Source: Podarcis erhardii
Lineage: Eukaryota
Assembly (NCBI GenBank): GCA_964252035.1
Contig: OZ176215.1
Reading direction: 5' to 3' (one strand)
Length of the DNA: 64,000 nucleotides
A program made the translations under genes and the position numbers. The notes beneath the pieces were generated by a model. That model did not search any database. It was not told the DNA's origin and worked only from the letters and a program-made list of their open reading frames with translations. Shown one piece after another: positions 26,401-39,940 of the stretch (positions within the stretch are counted from its first letter, which is position 1; each line of letters opens with the position of its first letter).

Positions 26401-27202
26401 AGCTGCCCATCAGACTTCATTGGGTCTTGTTAAAAGGATGGCTACATTGTCAGCGTATTGTCAAGTAAATTTTACATCCTCCTCTCTCTGTCTTAACCGT
26501 TTCTCGTGCTTCCCAAGATCTAATGGCCTCAGCCAGGGCTCTGTGGAGAAGGCAAATGATGGGTGTGATAAAGGAGAACCTTGTCTAGTGCCTCTTCTCA
26601 AATAAAAATGTTCTGAGTCGCAGGCTTACTAGGATTGGTATAAATCATCTCCACCCAGGCTGTTGGGTGGTATATCAAATGTCCAGGCCCAGGAGCTGCT
26701 GTCCCATGGAAGATGGAAGCAGAAATGGAGCTCCCATTGGCAGCCTGAGCCAGATCCAGTGCTGGATCTGCATAGGGGGCCCACCCCATAGCCATACCCA
26801 CATGTGGACTATCACTGGGACCCAGTTGTTATTATTGTCCATCATTGATGTTTGACTCTACAGAGGAGACTTGAGATTTCTTATATAGTCACTGCCAGCT
26901 CATCCTCTACCTGATTCCCTTTCTCCTGAGTAGACCTTGGAGAAAGAACCGCCTGGGAAACCCAGTGGGTCCCACTCTGGGCTTTGCATCTCACTTTCTT
27001 CCACCCTTGCTCCTGAAGCCCCAAGTACAATGAGGGAGAGCTAGGGATCAAGGAAGAGCTCAGGTCCAGGAAAATGGGAAAAATGTTGTCAGAATCAAGT
27101 GTGAATCCCACACTTCCTTCCAGAGAACTCAGGGTGGCAAGCAGCAAAGAAATAAAGAGTACAATTTAAAATCAAATAAGGAATCGGGGATTGGACTAGA
27201 AT

Positions 27203-27328
27203 CAGTGTTTCCCAAACTTGGGTCTCCAGCTGTTTTTGAACTACAATTCCCATCATCCCTGAACACTGATAGGTATGATGGGAGTTGTAGTCCAACAACA
27301 GCTGGAGACCCAAGTTTGGGAAACACTG
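27203..27328. mobile_element. 126-bp palindromic hAT MITE inside a CR1 tail
   Basis: CAGTGTTTCCCAAACTTGGGTCTCCAGCTG TIR is perfect at both ends; flanks are GACTAGAAT / GACTAGAT. Confidence 0.9.
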
Positions 27329-30300
27329 GACTAGATGATCCCCAGGGTCCCTTCCAGCTCTATAATTCTAGGAACAACTTAAAAGCAATTACCCCCCTCC
27401 CCTGTTTATTGGGATGACTGTATTCCTGCTGCCACAATGCCACAAATAGATTTGGGAAAGACTCAAGCTTCTAAAGTATGAGAAGCACTATCCTGAGCAA
27501 ACCCCACATGTGCAAAAATTATGACAACTCCCCTCCACCACCACCACCACCATCACAGAAGTGAGTAGCTGGTAATCCACTATGGAAGGGGACCGGGTAT
27601 TTGCACTTACCCCCCCCCTCCTCCAGCAAAGCTTCCTCCAAGCTGACCAGGAAGAAAGTGCCCACTGGACCTCTTGCAGCTCCTGGCAGGGTGCCTGTGA
27701 CTGGCTACCCAAGGTGCAGGCTCCTTTCCAGACTGCCTCTGGGTCTTCAGTAGGGTTCTCACTCCAGAAAGGTCTCTCCAAGGTCTGGGGTTATCATTCG
27801 TGGTGATTCCATGTTAGGAAACACAGGAACATGCCTTAGCCCCAGCCTGGCCACCAATCCATCATCTGACACAGCACGGATTGGCAGAAGTCATTTGTCC
27901 TCTGGGGCTTCAGGCAGCATTTCCCCCCCTAGGCTTACTTGGATATGCAGATGGTTACACCTATCTCTCACTGTTTTAAAAACTATTTTTAGGTGTTTTC
28001 AAAATTATGCACTTGAGCTGTATGTAAAAGACAATTCATAAAATAATAATAATAATAGCCAATTTGGGAGCCCCAGCAATATGTCTGGGCCATCTGGTTA
28101 TGCTTACAATTGGATTATATCCTCAAGAGCATCCAGTGCAGCAGATTAACGATTTCCTTAACTGTTCTGACCAACCATTTGATACCCACAGACAAATTGG
28201 TTGAAGAGCAGGGTGTGTGTGTGTGCGTGTGTTTTAGTGGGGGAAGTTGTGCAGTTGCAAAAATGGGACGAGGAAATGAGTGGCATTAAGATGTGTATGT
28301 TCATTAAGCTTTTAAATGCTTAATGAAGGGCAGAAGGTGCTCAGTTTCTTCCACGGTCATCTTTGTACAGGTAATGCTGTATCGCATCTGGGCAAATAAC
28401 CTTTAAAGTGCTTCTGTTTGGGGGCCTCAGGTCTATCTGGATGCTTTAGTTGAGATTTCTGCATCACAGCGGGTTGGGACTAGATGACCCTCGGGGTCCT
28501 TTCCAGCTCTACCATTCTATGATTCTATCTCTGCCCCCTCCCCAATTCCTCCTTCTCCAGCCGCCGGAGTGCCACCCAGGCAGTGGTGGCACATGACAAT
28601 GGATGCAAACGTTGCAGTTCTCTGTCTCCACAGACAGTCTGGTTCTGCTTTTACTTCTGAGCACTACAATTGCACTCATGAGCCTCTTGACACTGGCATT
28701 TTAGGGCTTAGAAGCGAGGGTGGTAGGAGTGTTCTTTTAATTTGGTGCCTCTGCGAACAATTTGACCTTGTTCCTTGATGCTGTGGTGCGCACACTCTCA
28801 ACACAGAGTCCAATCTTTCATCAATGAAAACAGGTCTGTTTTAATTTTTTGCTTTCTTGGAAGAGTGCTACACTCGCCATTTTCCTTCTCCCCCAGCCCC
28901 CTCTGCCCCCTCGCCTACCCTTGAGCTGCAGAGAGAGAACTTCAGCCGGGTATGAGAGGATCCAGTCAGTGAGCCCGGTTCAGAGAATTACAACTAATTT
29001 ATTGATTCCTTTTGGTGCTCACTAAACTCCTCCATCTCTCCTAGTCAGGCCTTTGCGATTGACTAGTCCATTCCTTATGCCCAGACTGAGGGCTCAGCAT
29101 TACTTCCACTTGCCCCACCATTTCCCTGCTTCTCCAAAACCTGTGGTTTATCACTGAATTGGAACAAGTGGTATTTAGGTTTTTTCTGCAGATTACTGTT
29201 TGTTCTGATTTAGCGCTAGACCGCAGGTTTTCCGGGGGAAAGCAATGGGGCAAAGGCAAAGCCACTCTGACTGATGCTTTCTAGGTACAGGACAAGCAGA
29301 AGCGTGGACAAACCCTAAATCCGAGAGAGACCACCAACAAACTCTCTCTTAAAAAGGGGTTGGCAGCTTGATTCTGCAGACACTACAGAATCCTGTGGCA
29401 GAGGGAACGGAGCAGGCCATCCTGCTGATTCCAGCAGACACACACTCGCTTTCAAGTACACGTCTCCAGTTTGACACTATAGCAATGAACACAACTGCCA
29501 ATCTGAGCCTGTTCCGAATGGGGCTGCGCTCCCTCCAAAGGAAGGGAGCGCAGCCTGGGGGATGCTTTCAATCCACCTTTGACACTTGAGGCACAGGTGT
29601 CCTGGGGAGGCTGACAGTGCCTTTCCCCAGCTTCCGTTGGTGAGACAACTATGGCCATACATAGGTTGAGATAGCTTGGCCACAGTGATCTTGGTCATTG
29701 GTAACCTCATGGCTGGATTACTGCAGTGTGCTCTATGTAGGACTTCGCTCAGAAGCTGCAGTTGGTGCAGAATGCAGCAGCTAGGTTGACTGTACCCCAT
29801 CAACTCCATATAACACATCTGCTGCAAGAGCAATTCAAGGCTCTACTTTTAGCATGTAAAGTTCCAGGCAAATTGCGACCAGTTTATCTAAGACAGTGCC
29901 TTGCCCACTGTATATCCCTTCCTGGCAAATGCCCTCCTCAGAAGGGGCATGGCTGAGAGTAGCGTATGCCCCAGAGGTATGCTTAACCTGTACTGGAAAC
30001 AGGGTTTTTAGTGTTCCGTCTGCCAGCCAAAGTCAGATAGGTGCCAGGTGTGATGATGTTTGGGCATCTACAGAAGACGCTTTGGTTTAGGAAGGCTTTC
30101 CCTGTGATGTAACCCAGTCATTTGCAGAATATCACTTTTCATAGAATTGTAGAGTTGGGAGGGACCACGCGGGTCATCTAGTCCAACCCCCTGCAATGTA
30201 GAAACTTTTTTATCTGATTATATGCTTTCATTTTTTCCCATTTTTTAAGAGTTTGTGTGGATGATTTTCTTGCTTTAGAGATGGTTAAATCAATTTTGTT

Positions 30301-31615
30301 GTCCTCAGCACTTCTTCATTTTGTTCTGTTTTTACCCTCTACGCTTCTTCAGTGGCTACACGAATGAAACAGCCCATAAATCTGTTCAATAGATAAACAA
30401 TAATATTGAGATTTCAGTAGGCACAGCAATATCTGAATAGGTTCAGGGCACAATCTTATATCTCGCTGCCCTCTGGTTTGTTTGGATGCCTCAGGTGCCT
30501 CTTTAGCCTAACTAGTTCAGTCTGTTGGACCTTGCAGCTGTCGGTTTCAGGGGTCTCTCTGAACATGTGCTGCAGCTGCTACAAACTGAAGGAATAATAT
30601 TTGGACACGGAAGGGCGAAGAGGAAGCTGCAGGCCCTGAAGAAGGGAGTTGGGGCCTGTGTGCTGATGTTTTTGTAAACTGAGAGAGAACGAGCAGTGAT
30701 GCAAGGACTGAGCAGAACTGAAGGGCTGAGCAAGAAGACAACACTCAGGGGCAGAGGAGGGCTGCAGCCTCCAGAGACAGTTTCTGGAGTTTGTTGCTGG
30801 TAAGGACAAGCATGAGCCATGGCCTGTGCCCAACACACTGTAGAATCCTAGAATTGTAGAGTTGGAAGGGATCCCCAAGAGTCATCTAGTCTGACCCTGC
30901 AATGCAGGAATCTCAACTAAAGTATCTCTGGCAGATGGCCATACTATCTCTTTAGAAACCTCCAATGAAGGGGAGTCCGTCACCACCTGAGAATGTCCAT
31001 TCTACAGTTGGACAGCTCCTACCATCAAAAAGTTCTTCCTAATATTTAGTGAAGAATTGGGGTGTGGAGAGTGTAGGCCCCGCCCCCCCAAGCCCAGAAG
31101 CACCCAAGCAATAATTCCATTCAGTTGTCCTGTTTCCACTTGGAGTTAATAAGCTGTCGGTCCTGAAAGTCTGCCCTGCAGGGCTGGGTTCGAGAAGTAC
31201 CAGTTCTGAGAGAGCAAGTCTTAACAAGGCAGCTGGAATAGAAAGGGAGCTTCCAGGATAACCATGGTGACACATGGTAAGAGTCACTGAGTTGGATTTG
31301 CATGGGCCTCTGGATTGTCTTGCCAGGCCCTGTATAGTAGACAAGGTTTTCTGTGGAGAAACTGCCACAGATACGGGGTGTAAGCAAAGAGCAAAGCACC
31401 CTTTGTGTTCTTCTGCCTTAGGTGTCTGATGGGGAACTGGTGTCATTGGACAATCTGCTTTAATTCAGAGCAGCCCTGCTGAGGAGCACAAGTTGATTAT
31501 TCCCGGGCCCCCATGTCCCTGCTTCAGTGCATGTTTCTGGGTGCATATGAAGGGATGGAGTCCAGACAACAATGGTGAGGATTGTGCAATTAGGAGGCTG
31601 TTATTGCAGAAAAAT

Positions 31616-31979
31616 GGGACGCGGGTGGCGCTGTGGGTAAAACCTCAGTGCCTAGGATTTGCTGATCGTATGTTCGGCGGTTCGAATCCCCGCGGTGGGG
31701 TGAGCTCCCGTCGTTCGGTCCCAGCTCCTGCCCACCTAGCAGTTTGAAAGCACCCTTAAGTGCAAGTAGATAAATAGGTACCGCTTTATAGCGGGAAGGT
31801 AAACGCCGTTTCCGTGTGCTGCACTGGTGCTGGCTCGGCAGCTGCAGCTTCGTCACGCTGGCCACGTGACCCGGAAGTGTCTTCGGACGGCGCTGGCTCA
31901 CGGCCTCTAGAGCGAGATGAGCACGCAACCCTAGAGTCGCACACGACTGGCCCGGGCAGGGATACCTTTACCTTTACCT
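31616..31979 (+). mobile_element. Full-length Sauria SINE (Squam1)
   Basis: GGGACGCGGGTGGCGCTGTGGG head, GGTTCGAATCCC B-box, (ACCTTT)n tail, TSD TTATTGCAGAAAA (31601-31613 and 31980-31992), CpGs retained. Confidence 0.92.
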
Positions 31980-32749
31980 TTATTGCAGAAAACCATGCAT
32001 CAGATGGGTGTGACTTTGTCCTGGGCAGCTGGCCTTTGTGGTGTTTCCGCTCTCTCCTTTTCCATGTATTTGGAATGCTAAGCCAGGTTAATGGGTTTGT
32101 GGTTAAGGAACTGGTTAGATGGGTTTGATTCTGAGTGCGGGGCATAAGTCCACATCCACACATCCTTCTGCTTTCTCCCCCACCCACAACCCCAGTGTTG
32201 CCTCCAGTCCAAGGAAACATTAGTATGCAAATAAAGGGCACTCTTCTGTGCATCATAGCCAATGGGTCAGTGATAAGCAGATAGAGAGAGACTGCAGCCA
32301 ATGACAAGAGTTCTCTGGGATGTGATTTACATGTGTCCAGTGTCACCTGGGAAGGGGCTGCCTCCTGTTTCAGACCCTGTCATTATGACAACACCCCCAG
32401 ATAAGGCAGCTCAGCAAGGAGTATTGGGAGGGGCATCTTGGGCCAGCTGATCAGCATATTCATTACGCTTGTGATTTGGGGTGCCTGGTAGTGGGTTTTA
32501 TTTGTCATGGTGGGGTTTTTTTTTTAACCATAATAGGTGTGCAGGGCTTGTTTAGGAAAGTTTGCAAGAATGAGGTGGCAGGAATATAGTCACCCCTACA
32601 TGGGTGTTTATGATGGGAGGAGGGTTTATGTTGCGGGGCAGAACTGAGCTATCTGCAATTAGTTAAGTATTTTTATTTATTTACTTGATGGGGAGGGCAG
32701 CTGTCTGCCCCCTTGCTACACCCATGCACCCTCCATAAAACCTCTTTTG

Positions 32750-33080
32750 TGAGCGGGTGGCACTGTGGGTTAAACCACAGAGCCTAGGAGTTGCCAATCA
32801 GAAGGTCGGCGGTTCGAATCCCCTTTGCTCGGTCCCTGCTCCTGCCAACCTAGCAGTTCAAAAGCATGTCAAAGTGCAAGTAGATAAATAGGTACCGCTC
32901 CGGTGGGAAGGTAAATGGCATTTCCGTGCGCTGCTCTGGTTCGCCAGAAGCGGCTTAGTCATGCTGGCCACATGACCTGGAAGGTGTACGCCGGCTCCCT
33001 CGACCAGTAAAGCAAGATGAGCGCTGCAACCCCAGAGTCGGTCACAACTGGACCTAATGGTCAGGTGTCCCTTTACCTTA
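32750..33080 (+). mobile_element. Sauria SINE, second subfamily
   Basis: Same head and AAGTGCAAGTAGATAAATAGGTAC core as the 31616 copy, but a different 3' body and a CCTTTACCTT tail. Confidence 0.9.
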
Positions 33081-33906
33081 TGCCAGAGTGGAGGTATTCA
33101 GTTTGTAGCGACTGAAGGGGAAGGCTGAACCTGCTTCAGGATCCTGCCTTGCCCATCTGCTCTGGAATTGTGTGCTCTGTAGAGGTCTATGCCATAGCTT
33201 GAGCAGCAGTGACTTTGTAACTAAGGAAGGGCCAGAGAAGCATGTATGGGTGAATCTGTGTTGTTGGAACTGCGGCAGAGTTTTTGAGTACCCTGGTGGT
33301 GTCTGGAGAAGGCAGTGGTAGAGATGGTTTGCAGTTCAGGATGGGGGGCGTGCATTTAAGGCATTCAGGATACTACACAGCCCAATCCCGCCCCCGCCCC
33401 CCATGTAGCAGAGCTGGTTTACTACATTTTAGGAAGAGAAGGCGGGAGCCCCCACCCTGCGAGTCCAAATCCCCTCTGTGTTGGGTGTGACCCGGCACCT
33501 GCCCACAAGGCTCCCTGTGCTTGCGATGTGTCGATTATTATGCACACCTGTGTGAAATGTCACACCTTGAGGAAGGTTTTTTTAGTGGGGTGTGGGTGTA
33601 CGCCTTCCTCATCGGACTAGAATGAAGCACACTGTGCAAGCAGGGCTGTATCAAAGCTGGTACATGGGCTGGGTGTGGAAGGCAGGGATTGCGGTTAGGA
33701 AAGATAGGCATGTGCATGCGTGCGATGGGTTTCTGTCCTGAAATATTGCACGGCAGGTGTGCAAGGGAAAGGTTTGTGCTGCATGCTGTGCGCCTTCTCC
33801 TGCCTTGCATCCTTGTGTGTGCTGAAGGGCCTTGCGAAGGATGGACCGTAAGCACCCAAAAAGTGCCTTGTGTGTGCAGGGGTGTCTCTGCTCAAGGGAG
33901 CTAGAC

Positions 33907-34160
33907 CAGGGGTCAGCAACCTTTTTCAGCCGTGGGCTGGTCCACTGTCCCTCAGACCATGTGGTGGGCTGGACTATATTTTGAAGAGAGAGAAAAAATG
34001 AACAAATTCCTATGCCCCACAAATAACCCAGAGATGCATTTTAAATAAAAGGACACATTCTACTCATGTAAAAACACGCTGATTCCCGGACCGTCCGTGC
34101 GCCTTATTGAGAAGGCTATTGGGCTGGATCCGGCTCACGGCCTTAGGTTGCCTACCCCTG
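33907..34160. mobile_element. 254-bp non-autonomous hAT
   Basis: CAGGGGTCAGCAACCT...AGGTTGCCTACCCCTG termini and perfect TSD AGCTAGAC. Confidence 0.9.
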
Positions 34161-34674
34161 AGCTAGACTGTTCCTCTTCCTGGGTTGTCTCCTCTTTCCT
34201 CTCTTTCCCTGGCTTGGAGGAATAGGATGAGGTGTGCCTGCCAGACTTCACAGCTTTCCCTCTGGGATTTAGTGTTCCCACCCACATGTAGGTGGGTATG
34301 CACGTGTGAGTGTGCATTGCTCAAAGATATGTGTGTGGGGAAAGAAGGGAAGATTGTGTAGGGCCTGTGGGGCTGGTAGTGCAACACTAGCAGTGTGTGT
34401 GGGAGGGAGGAAGGAAGGAAGGGAGATAGAGAGGATGGGGAGAGAAAGGTGAGAGAACAGGTGCATGCATTCATGTATCCTCTACTGCAAGCTGAATCGG
34501 AGAGCACCTCTCTTCCATTTTTATCCAGCTACAAGGACCCCACCTCCTTCCGACAAACTGCCCAGAGACTATTCTAGTTTGTTAATGGGATCCAGGAAAG
34601 AAGTGGGGGGGGGGGGGCTGCAGCAGTCAGAACAATATGGCTGCCTCCGTCATGCCTGAGGGATCATTGGAGTG

Positions 34675-34688
34675 GTCTCCATGGCAAC
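34675..34688. promoter_or_regulatory. RFX X-box-like motif
   Basis: GTCTCCATGGCAAC versus consensus GTTNCCATGGNAAC (1 mismatch), in apparently non-repetitive sequence. Confidence 0.4.
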
Positions 34689-35717
34689 GGGAGGAGAGCG
34701 CAGCATCCTAATGTGCCTAGCCTCCTTCTCCTCTTCTCTTTGCAGCTCTCAGGCGCTTGACAGGGCTTGGGAGGAGGAGAAGAACAAGCAGAAGAAGGGA
34801 AAAGGCCAGGGCCTCACCCAGTGCCCCCCAACTCCAGATAAGGCAAACCTGCCTTCCAAACCTCCTCTAGCAAGAGCTAGGAATACTGCCCCCTCCCTAA
34901 ACTAGCCACCCACCCATCAACATGCTCACAAGTTCATCTAGCCACCCTCTGCTTTGGACAGGCAGGGAGTCCCAGCAAGTGATGCCTTCTGCAGTCATGT
35001 TCTGCTTATATACATCTTTACTTGCCCTTGTGCCCTCCAGATTAATCTGGAGTTAATCTGTGCTTTGCTGCCTGAAGTGGAGTCCATCCACATGGCACAA
35101 CACTCCCTCTGCCTGGCTAGTGCCCACAGTTTATAACCATTGCTGCACCTTCCAGGCGCCAGTTCCTGCCTTCTCCTTGCCCCCCACCTCACCCTGTGGG
35201 ACCACCTGCGCCAGGTCCTCTGCTGGGCCAGTGCCATTCTGGATGCCTGTGCTCTCAGGTCATGGTGTGGAGGTAGCGCCAGCCGCCAGTGGGTGGGTGG
35301 GAGGAAGCAGGAAAGAAGCTCTCCTCTTGGTATCTTGTCTGGAGTATGACATCTTCCACCTTTGGATGTGGAAGGAAGGATGTGGGAATGATGTAGCCTG
35401 AATCACTAGCCTGGATATTGCATTTGCACCCTTCCCTTCCTTGTGCACATGAAAGTGGGGAGGGAGAGAACGATCCAAATCCTTTCTCTTTCCCCCAAAC
35501 CCAGGACTAGTTACTTGTGACTGGAGAAGCATCTACCCACTGCCAGGGAAAGGCACACAAAATTTGCCTCTCCTCATTTAGGACTAATAGATATTGGCAG
35601 CTAAGTTCTTAAAAGATGGCCTGAGTGGGTTTTCTGGACTTGCATTAGACACCCCCTCCCCAAGCCCACCAGAGCGTTAAACAGTGGAACTCTCTCCCGC
35701 ATTGATGGCCACCAACT

Positions 35718-35861
35718 TGGATGACTATAAACAAGGATCAGACAAATTCATAATAATTTTATTATTTATACCCGCCTGTCTGGCGGGTCTGGATGACTAT
35801 AAACAAGGATCAGACAAATTCATAATAATTTTATTATTTATACCCGCCTGTCTGGCTGGGT
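35718..35861. repeat. Near-perfect 72-bp tandem duplication
   Basis: TGGATGACTATAAACAAGGATCAGACAAATTCATAATAATTTTATTATTTATACCCGCCTGTCTGGC(T)GGGT occurs twice. Confidence 0.95.
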
Positions 35862-35889
35862 TGCTCCAGCCACTCTGCCTGGGCAGCTT

Positions 35890-36590
35890 CCAACACAGCT
35901 ACGTCCCTATCTGGACAGGGATAGCCTAACTACTGTTGTCTATGCTCTGGTAACCTCAAGGTTAGATGTGTTATACATAGGCAGGCAGGCCAGGCAATGT
36001 GTTATACGTAGGGCTGCCTCTGAAGACGGTTCAGAAACTTCAGCTGGTGTAGAATTCAGCAGGTAGGTTGCTCACCGGAGTAAGAAAATTTGAGCATATT
36101 ACACTGATCCTGATATGACTGCACTGGCTACCAATTAGTTTCTGGGCCCAATACCTCAAGGACTGCCTCTTTCCATATGAACCTACCCGGACCCTGAGTT
36201 CATCTTCTGAGGCCCTCCTTCATATGCATCCTCCTCGAGAGGTCCGAAGGGTGGCAACATGAGAAAGGGCCTTCTCTGGAGTGGCTCCTCATCTGTTGAA
36301 CGCTTTCCCCAGGGAAGTTCGCCTGGTACCTTCATTATACACCTTTAGGCGCCAGGCAAAAATGTTCCTCTTTAACCAGGCATTTGTTTGATCCAATTTA
36401 CATCCTATGCCCTTTTAAAATGTGGTTTTCTTTGGGGGGGGGTATTGGGTTGCTGTTTTTATTTTTATTAGGTATTTTGTGGTTTTATATCTTGATTTTA
36501 TTCTGTGAACTGCTCTGAGACCCCTAGGTATAGGGCGGTATATAAATTCAATAAATAATAATAATAATTAATAATATAATAAAACCATAA
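35890..36590 (+). mobile_element. L2 LINE 3' fragment
   Basis: GCTCTGGTAACCTCAAGGTTAGA and CACTGGCTACCAATT motifs, with a GGGCGGTATATAAATTCAATAAATAATAAT tail. Confidence 0.8.
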
Positions 36591-37920
36591 CATCAAATCA
36601 GAAGGCTTTTCCTCTGTGGGTGGCTCTTCCCACTGTATTGTCACTGTGCTTGAATCCTCCTTGAGGGTTTCCCACTGCCCCCTGGGAGAACAGAATGCTG
36701 GACTGGAAGGCCATTGGCTGGATATAGCAGGCTCATCTTATATGCTTATGTTCTTGTGAGAGTTCACTGCTCAGAGGCCTTCAGACTTGGTGCTTGAGCC
36801 CCAGCTTTTGAAGGGTCTCAGGGACCCCTAGAGCAGGATTCAAGACTCCTGAGAACAGTCTCAAATTTTGGGGAGGAAACAGATATCTTGCTATGGATGA
36901 GTGGAGATGGTCAGGGAACTCCCAGGAAGCCTGGGTCCTATGTATACCCTTTGGAGTTGTGGTCAAATAGTTTGGATCAGAGGTGAGGGATCTGGGAGGG
37001 TCTCCCAGGTGTTTCTGGGCTGCATCTCCCAACATCCTTAACCATTAGCTGGTAATTTTGGTCCCAGTCTGTGTTGGCATTGGGTTTTTTATGATTTTGC
37101 TGTTTTATTGCTTGTTATTTCCCACTCTGGGCTCTTTTGGGAGGAAGGACTGAGTATAATTTAAATAAGGAATACAGTAAGTAAATTTGGAGGCCCATGA
37201 GGGGGGTGAGCTGTGGTCTTCCAGATACTATTAGACTACAGTTCACATCATCTTCATCCAGCAGGGCTTGTCTTTTAACCTGCATAGCACTTTAATGTCA
37301 GAAAGTTCAAAACACTGCTTCTGAACAGAGTGCCCGCCCCACAACCACTGCCACCCTCTGCACATCTGGTTTCAGGCTCAGACACTTCTCGTCCAAGGAG
37401 TGGGTTGAGGTGTGGAAGAACCTGTGGGTCCCTTCAGATATTGTTGAACCACAACTTCCACAGGCACTGACCATTGGTCATGCTTACTGTGGCTGATGGG
37501 AGTTGAAGTCCCTTAAGATCTGGAGAGACACCAGTTCCCCAACTCTGCAGGAGTGCAGAGGAGCTTTTGAGCCAGCATGCCCGACTCCCGAGAGAGCAGG
37601 TGGAGGGCTGCTTTGAATTCTAATTTTTGTAGTTGGATTATTTGCTGAATAGTGCTACTTTCTAAGTGGTGTCCAAGAGGGGTCCAGCATGTATTCAGTT
37701 GAAACTAACAATAAAATCTGGGGGGAACTTACTTAAAGCGCTTTATGGATTATTTTTTATTCAAACTTCACCAAGAGCCTGAAGTCCAACAGGGGAGTGT
37801 TATTGGAAGTGGGAGGGAGTTCCACAGAACTAGGTTCACAGTACTGAAGGCATGGCTCCTGGCAGATGTGAGCTGTGTGTCTGAACCATGGCGGCACCCA
37901 AAGAGAGACAGCCTCAACAG

Positions 37921-39940
37921 AATATGATTAGAAGAGACCAGTTGGTTAAAGGTATACAGGTCGGAGCTAAACAGTACAAACTGAGAGCATTTGCAGATGA
38001 TTTAATTTTGACATTACAGGAGCCAGAATCTAGTACTAAAAGAGTTTTAGAGTTAATTCAAGAATTTGGTCAAGTGGCAGGATTTAAACTGAACAAGTTA
38101 AAAACCAAAGTTTTAGAGAAAAACTTAACATCAATTGAAAAAGAAAGGTTTCAGAATGAGACTGGTTTGACCGTGGTTAAGAAAGTGAAATATTTGGGGA
38201 TTAATATGACAGCAAAAAATGTGAACTTATTTAAAGATAATTATGAAAAATGTTGGACAGAAGTGAAAAAAGATCTAGAAATATGGTCAAATTTGAAGCT
38301 TTCCTTGTTGGGTCGAATTGCAGCTATAAAGATGAATGTATTGCCTAGAATGTTGTTTTTGTTTCAAACGTTGCAGATTGTGGACAAGATGGACTGTTTC
38401 AAGAAGTGGCAGAAATATATTTCTAGATTTGTCTGGCAGGGCAAGAAGCCCAGAATAAAATTTAAGATATTAACTGATGTAAAGGAAAGGGGTGGATTTG
38501 CCCTGCCAGACCTTAAACTTTACTATGAATCAGCAGCATTCTGCTGGTTGAAAGACTGGCTGCTTCTTGAGAACACAGCCATTTTGGACTTAGAAGGATT
38601 TAATAACGCTTTTGGGTGGCATGCATATTTGTGGTACGACAGGGTTAAAGTACATAAAGCATTTAAAAACCGTATTGTCAGGAAAGCATTGTTTAATGTT
38701 TGGATAAGATACAAAGATTTATTGGAAAACAAAACCCCAAGGTGGTTGTCACCAATGGAAGCGAAAGCCTTTAAAAGACTCAATATGGAGTCCAATTGGC
38801 CAAAATATTGGGAAATTTTGGAACAAGAGGGAGACAATTTGAAATTGCAGAGTTTTGAGAAACTAAAAAACAAAGTGTGAGACTGGCTTCACTATTATCA
38901 GATAATGGAGGCTTATAAATTGGATAAGAAAATTGGATTCCAGGTGGAAAAATTGAAATTAGAAACAGAATTGTTAGAACCCAAAACTAAGATTCTGTCA
39001 AAGATGTATAACTTGCTGTTGAAATGGAATACTCAGGATGAAACAGTGAAGTCTGCTATGATTAAATGGGCACAGGATGTTGGACATAATATTATGTTTG
39101 CTGAGTGGGAACAGCTATGGACCACCGGTTTGAAATTTACGGCATGTAATGCCCTAAGAGAGAATATTATGAAAATGATTTACGGGTGGTACATGACCCC
39201 AGTCAAGCTTGCAAAAATTTATCATTTGCCCGATAATAAATGTTGGAAATGTAAAGAGACTGAAGGTACATTCTTTCACCTTTGGTGGACGTGCCCAAGG
39301 ATTAAGGCTTTTTGGGAAATGATTTATAATGAAATGAAAAAGGTATTTAAATATACCTTCTTGAAGAAACCAGAGGCCTTTCTCCTGGGCATGGTTGGCC
39401 AATTGGTGCCAAAGAAGGATAGAACTTTCTTTATGTATGCGACAACAGCAGCAAGAATACTCATCGCAAAATATTGGAAGACACAAGATCTACCCACTCT
39501 GGAAGAATGGCAGATGAAGATGATCGACTATATGGGACTGGCAGAAATGACCGGCAGAATCCGAGACCAGAGAAAAGAGTCGGCAGAAGAAGACTGGAAG
39601 AAGTTTAAATACTATTTGCAGAAATATTGTAAAATTAAGGAATGTTAGAATGATGCTGGATAGAAATTAAGTGGTTTTCAGCTGTAATGCTTAAGAGATA
39701 TGGAAAATAAGGTTTTGAAATAAGTAAGAGAACTAATGGTGAGGATTTGCTGAACAAACAATTTGAATTGGAATATAAGAAAGGGTGGTAAGAGGAGGTC
39801 TGGAAAGGAAGTTAAAAGAAAATAAGTAAATGGAAACTCTTTGTGTTTTTTAAATTGTTTTTATTTTGTTGTATTTTTGTTTTTTCTGTTTTGTGAAGTA
39901 TTATTTCTGAAAACTTTAATAAATATCTTATAAAAAAAAA
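37921..39940 (+). mobile_element. Young 5'-truncated L1 LINE (ORF2 RT end, C-terminal CCHC region, 3'UTR, polyA)
   Basis: FADD RT motif, LSLLGRIAAIKMNVLPRMLFLFQ block and CWKC..HLWWTC knuckle. One in-frame TGA at 38878-38880, AATAAA at 39918, A-tail, and a TSD core AGCCTCAACAG on both sides (ending 37920 and 39960). Confidence 0.95.

Noticed and set aside
37888-39648. 330-aa and 247-aa ORFs as host genes
   Set aside because: They are one L1 ORF2 fragment split by a single TGA, plausibly a CGA-to-TGA deamination. The first ATG comes from flanking DNA.
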